From NCBI RefSeq assembly GCF_006345805.1, contig NW_021823638.1:1-21798 (forward strand): 21,798 nt of DNA. The letters run 5' to 3'. Origin of the DNA: Octopus sinensis (taxonomy: Eukaryota). The position numbers and the translations under genes are program-made. The notes under the pieces were generated by a model. It saw only the letters and a program-made list of their open reading frames with translations, did not search any database and was not told where the DNA came from. Positions 19,973-21,798 of the stretch are shown here, in pieces (position 1 is the first letter of the stretch; each line of letters begins with the position of its first letter).

Positions 19973-20047
19973 TGCTCCAAATGTGAGGACAGGTGTGTAC
20001 AAACAGAGCTACATGTCAGGAATTAGGGGCTGCATCTCAGGCAATGT
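19973..20047 (+). pseudogene. Exon F3: degraded copy of the 78-nt exon
   Basis: Relative to F2 it lacks single Gs (CAGTGCT, CCAAATGT, ACAGAGCT) and the donor is garbled (GCAATGTGGAGT vs GCAATTGGTGAGT). It is either a pseudo-exon or consensus error. Confidence 0.6.
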
Positions 20048-20296
20048 GGAGTATAAAATAATAGTTCCCAATTGATTTCTGTAAGGTTTTCTTCCCCCGA
20101 GTATATTGTGCTTGAAAGAATAACTGAAAACAGCTTTCTTTCCTATTTTCCAATTGAACAATTATCTGTATATAATTGTATTAAAGATATCGATTTACTG
20201 TGAGTTTTTGAAATACCATTGAGGTTAATGCTGTTGGTAATAATGTTCAAATTAGGAAGACACCATAGAGTTAATTTTGTCAATTGGTCACAGAAC

Positions 20297-20297
<1 letters not shown>

Positions 20298-20327
<30 letters not shown>

Positions 20328-20903
20328 TTAACACATCCGTTCTTATGGCGGCATGGGTCGGACGATTTCACTGGCAAGGCAGTAGGCTGCGCCAGGCTGC
20401 AATGTGATCTGGCAAGGTTTCCCCACATATGTATGCCATTCCTAATGCCAACCACTCCGAGAGTGTGGTGGGTGCTTTTTACGTGCCACCGACACAGGAG
20501 CCAGTCGGGGTGGGGGCTGGCATCGACCACATTCGGATGGTGCTTTTTACGTGCCAGCGGCACAGGGAACTAGTCAGGCGGCAGTGGCAAGGACCTATGC
20601 TTCTATGGTACTTATAACGTGACACAGGAACAGGTGCCAGTCAGGCGGCACTGGCATCGGTCACAACTACAATTTCCATTTTGATTTCGATCTTGAATTG
20701 CTTTTGATTTTTCATTTCTGTTATTGCCTGGTGGACTATGATGAAAACGAGGGGTTCAGGAATGATCCCTAGTGAACTCCTACTTCTATCCGGAATTCTT
20801 CTTCACTATACTCATTGCCGATCCTCACCTTACTACAGGGCCTCTTCAACTCTTATAATCGCTCGTCAATCCCTAGTTTCCGCATTAGCTGTAAAAAGGA
20901 TTC
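20298..20903 (-). mobile_element. Internally deleted RTE LINE, near-identical duplicate of 15683-16279
   Basis: Same tail, UTR, RT fragment and flanks; copied as part of the tandem unit. Confidence 0.8.
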
Positions 20904-21798
20904 TATTAAATATTCCACTGAAATTTCATAAAATCAAGGTTAACGTGGTTGGTAAAATGGATAAATAAGAAGACATAATAGAGTTAATGATGTCTTTTAG
21001 GACAGAGAACTAAAACATTTTGTTGTTTATTTGTAAACAGGTGAGTTAACGAGAAAGATTTTGTTTCTTTTACTACTAGGTCTTTCCAAATTTTCTCATA
21101 GGTTATTGTTGTTGTTATTGTTATGTAGCCAGATGTCTGTCATGACATGTTGTTTAGGTACCTACCCTGAATGTCTCAGGTCAGATAACTTTGTTTAAAT
21201 TAAAGAAATTAAAATCAAATCTCTAAGATTATAAGTATAATGATCATTAACTTGATTAAATATTAAATTAGTATTGAACGGTGAACATCTGTTTGCATTT
21301 AAACAAAATATTGGTGTTGACATGAAATAAAAGATATGAATTAAATATGAGTTCCCTGTGTGACTTGATCTCACAAATCCTTGTTTGTAACTATATATAT
21401 ATATACACTTATTACATTGTTTGAACAACATTTACCATCCATATAGTCATTCTTTTTCTCACTCTTGTTAGATTTTGATGATATTAATGCTAAAAGAGGC
21501 ACAGTTTTCTGAGTGTTTCACACCTTTGTTCTTGATTGTTGCGTTCAAATTATTTAATGAAAGATAGTCATTGTTATTTGACCAGGAAATGAATTAATCA
21601 TTAGTATTTGGCAGTGGACTTGGTTATATCTTTCTTCGTTTGCTCATGGAACTACCATAATATTAGCTGTGCTGAGACACAATCATATTCATAGTAATGA
21701 AGGTTATATGTTCTTTACTCAGATTATATACAATCTATATTGATATCTAATAATGACTGAGAACAGGTTCCAATGCTAGATTTCATTTGAATGCTTAG

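Larger units (their letters stand above)
13972..21749 (+). repeat. Recent tandem segmental array, about 2.1-2.8 kb units (three exon-bearing units plus a partial fourth)
   Basis: Landmark GCGTTCAAATTATTTAATGAAAG at 14141, 16918, 19055 and 21541 (spacings 2777, 2137, 2486). Long near-identical stretches lie between copies, which differ largely by small indels plus some substitutions. Confidence 0.95.

Overview
AT-rich eukaryotic DNA, dense in microsatellites and retroposons. The repeat families look like those of octopus (coleoid cephalopod); this is by-eye recognition, not a database hit. The window holds the 3' part of a spliced, plus-strand gene for an ankyrin-repeat + single C3HC4-type RING protein (Mind bomb/MIB2-like E3 ligase architecture). 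Its exons are 667-821, 3560-3596, 6701-6907, 8482-8657, 12096-12235 and 13327-13406, with mutually compatible splice phases. Two exons contain short compensated frameshifts with in-frame stops, so the gene is either a young pseudogene or an uncorrected long-read consensus. Downstream of the RING exon is a tandem array of intron+exon units (about 12.3-21.75 kb). Each complete unit carries a small phase-1 exon encoding a PK(F/C)E(E/D)(K/R)xVQT motif that resembles the LC8/DYNLL dynein-light-chain binding consensus. The first exon has lost its GT donor (ATGAGT) and reads into a stop; two later 78-nt copies have intact AG/GTGAGT sites. Introns contain tRNA/CORE-type SINEs, RTE, CR1-like and mariner remnants, a MITE, a near-perfect hairpin and a 1.64-kb (GAT)n array. 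Most ORFs in the supplied track are microsatellite artefacts.
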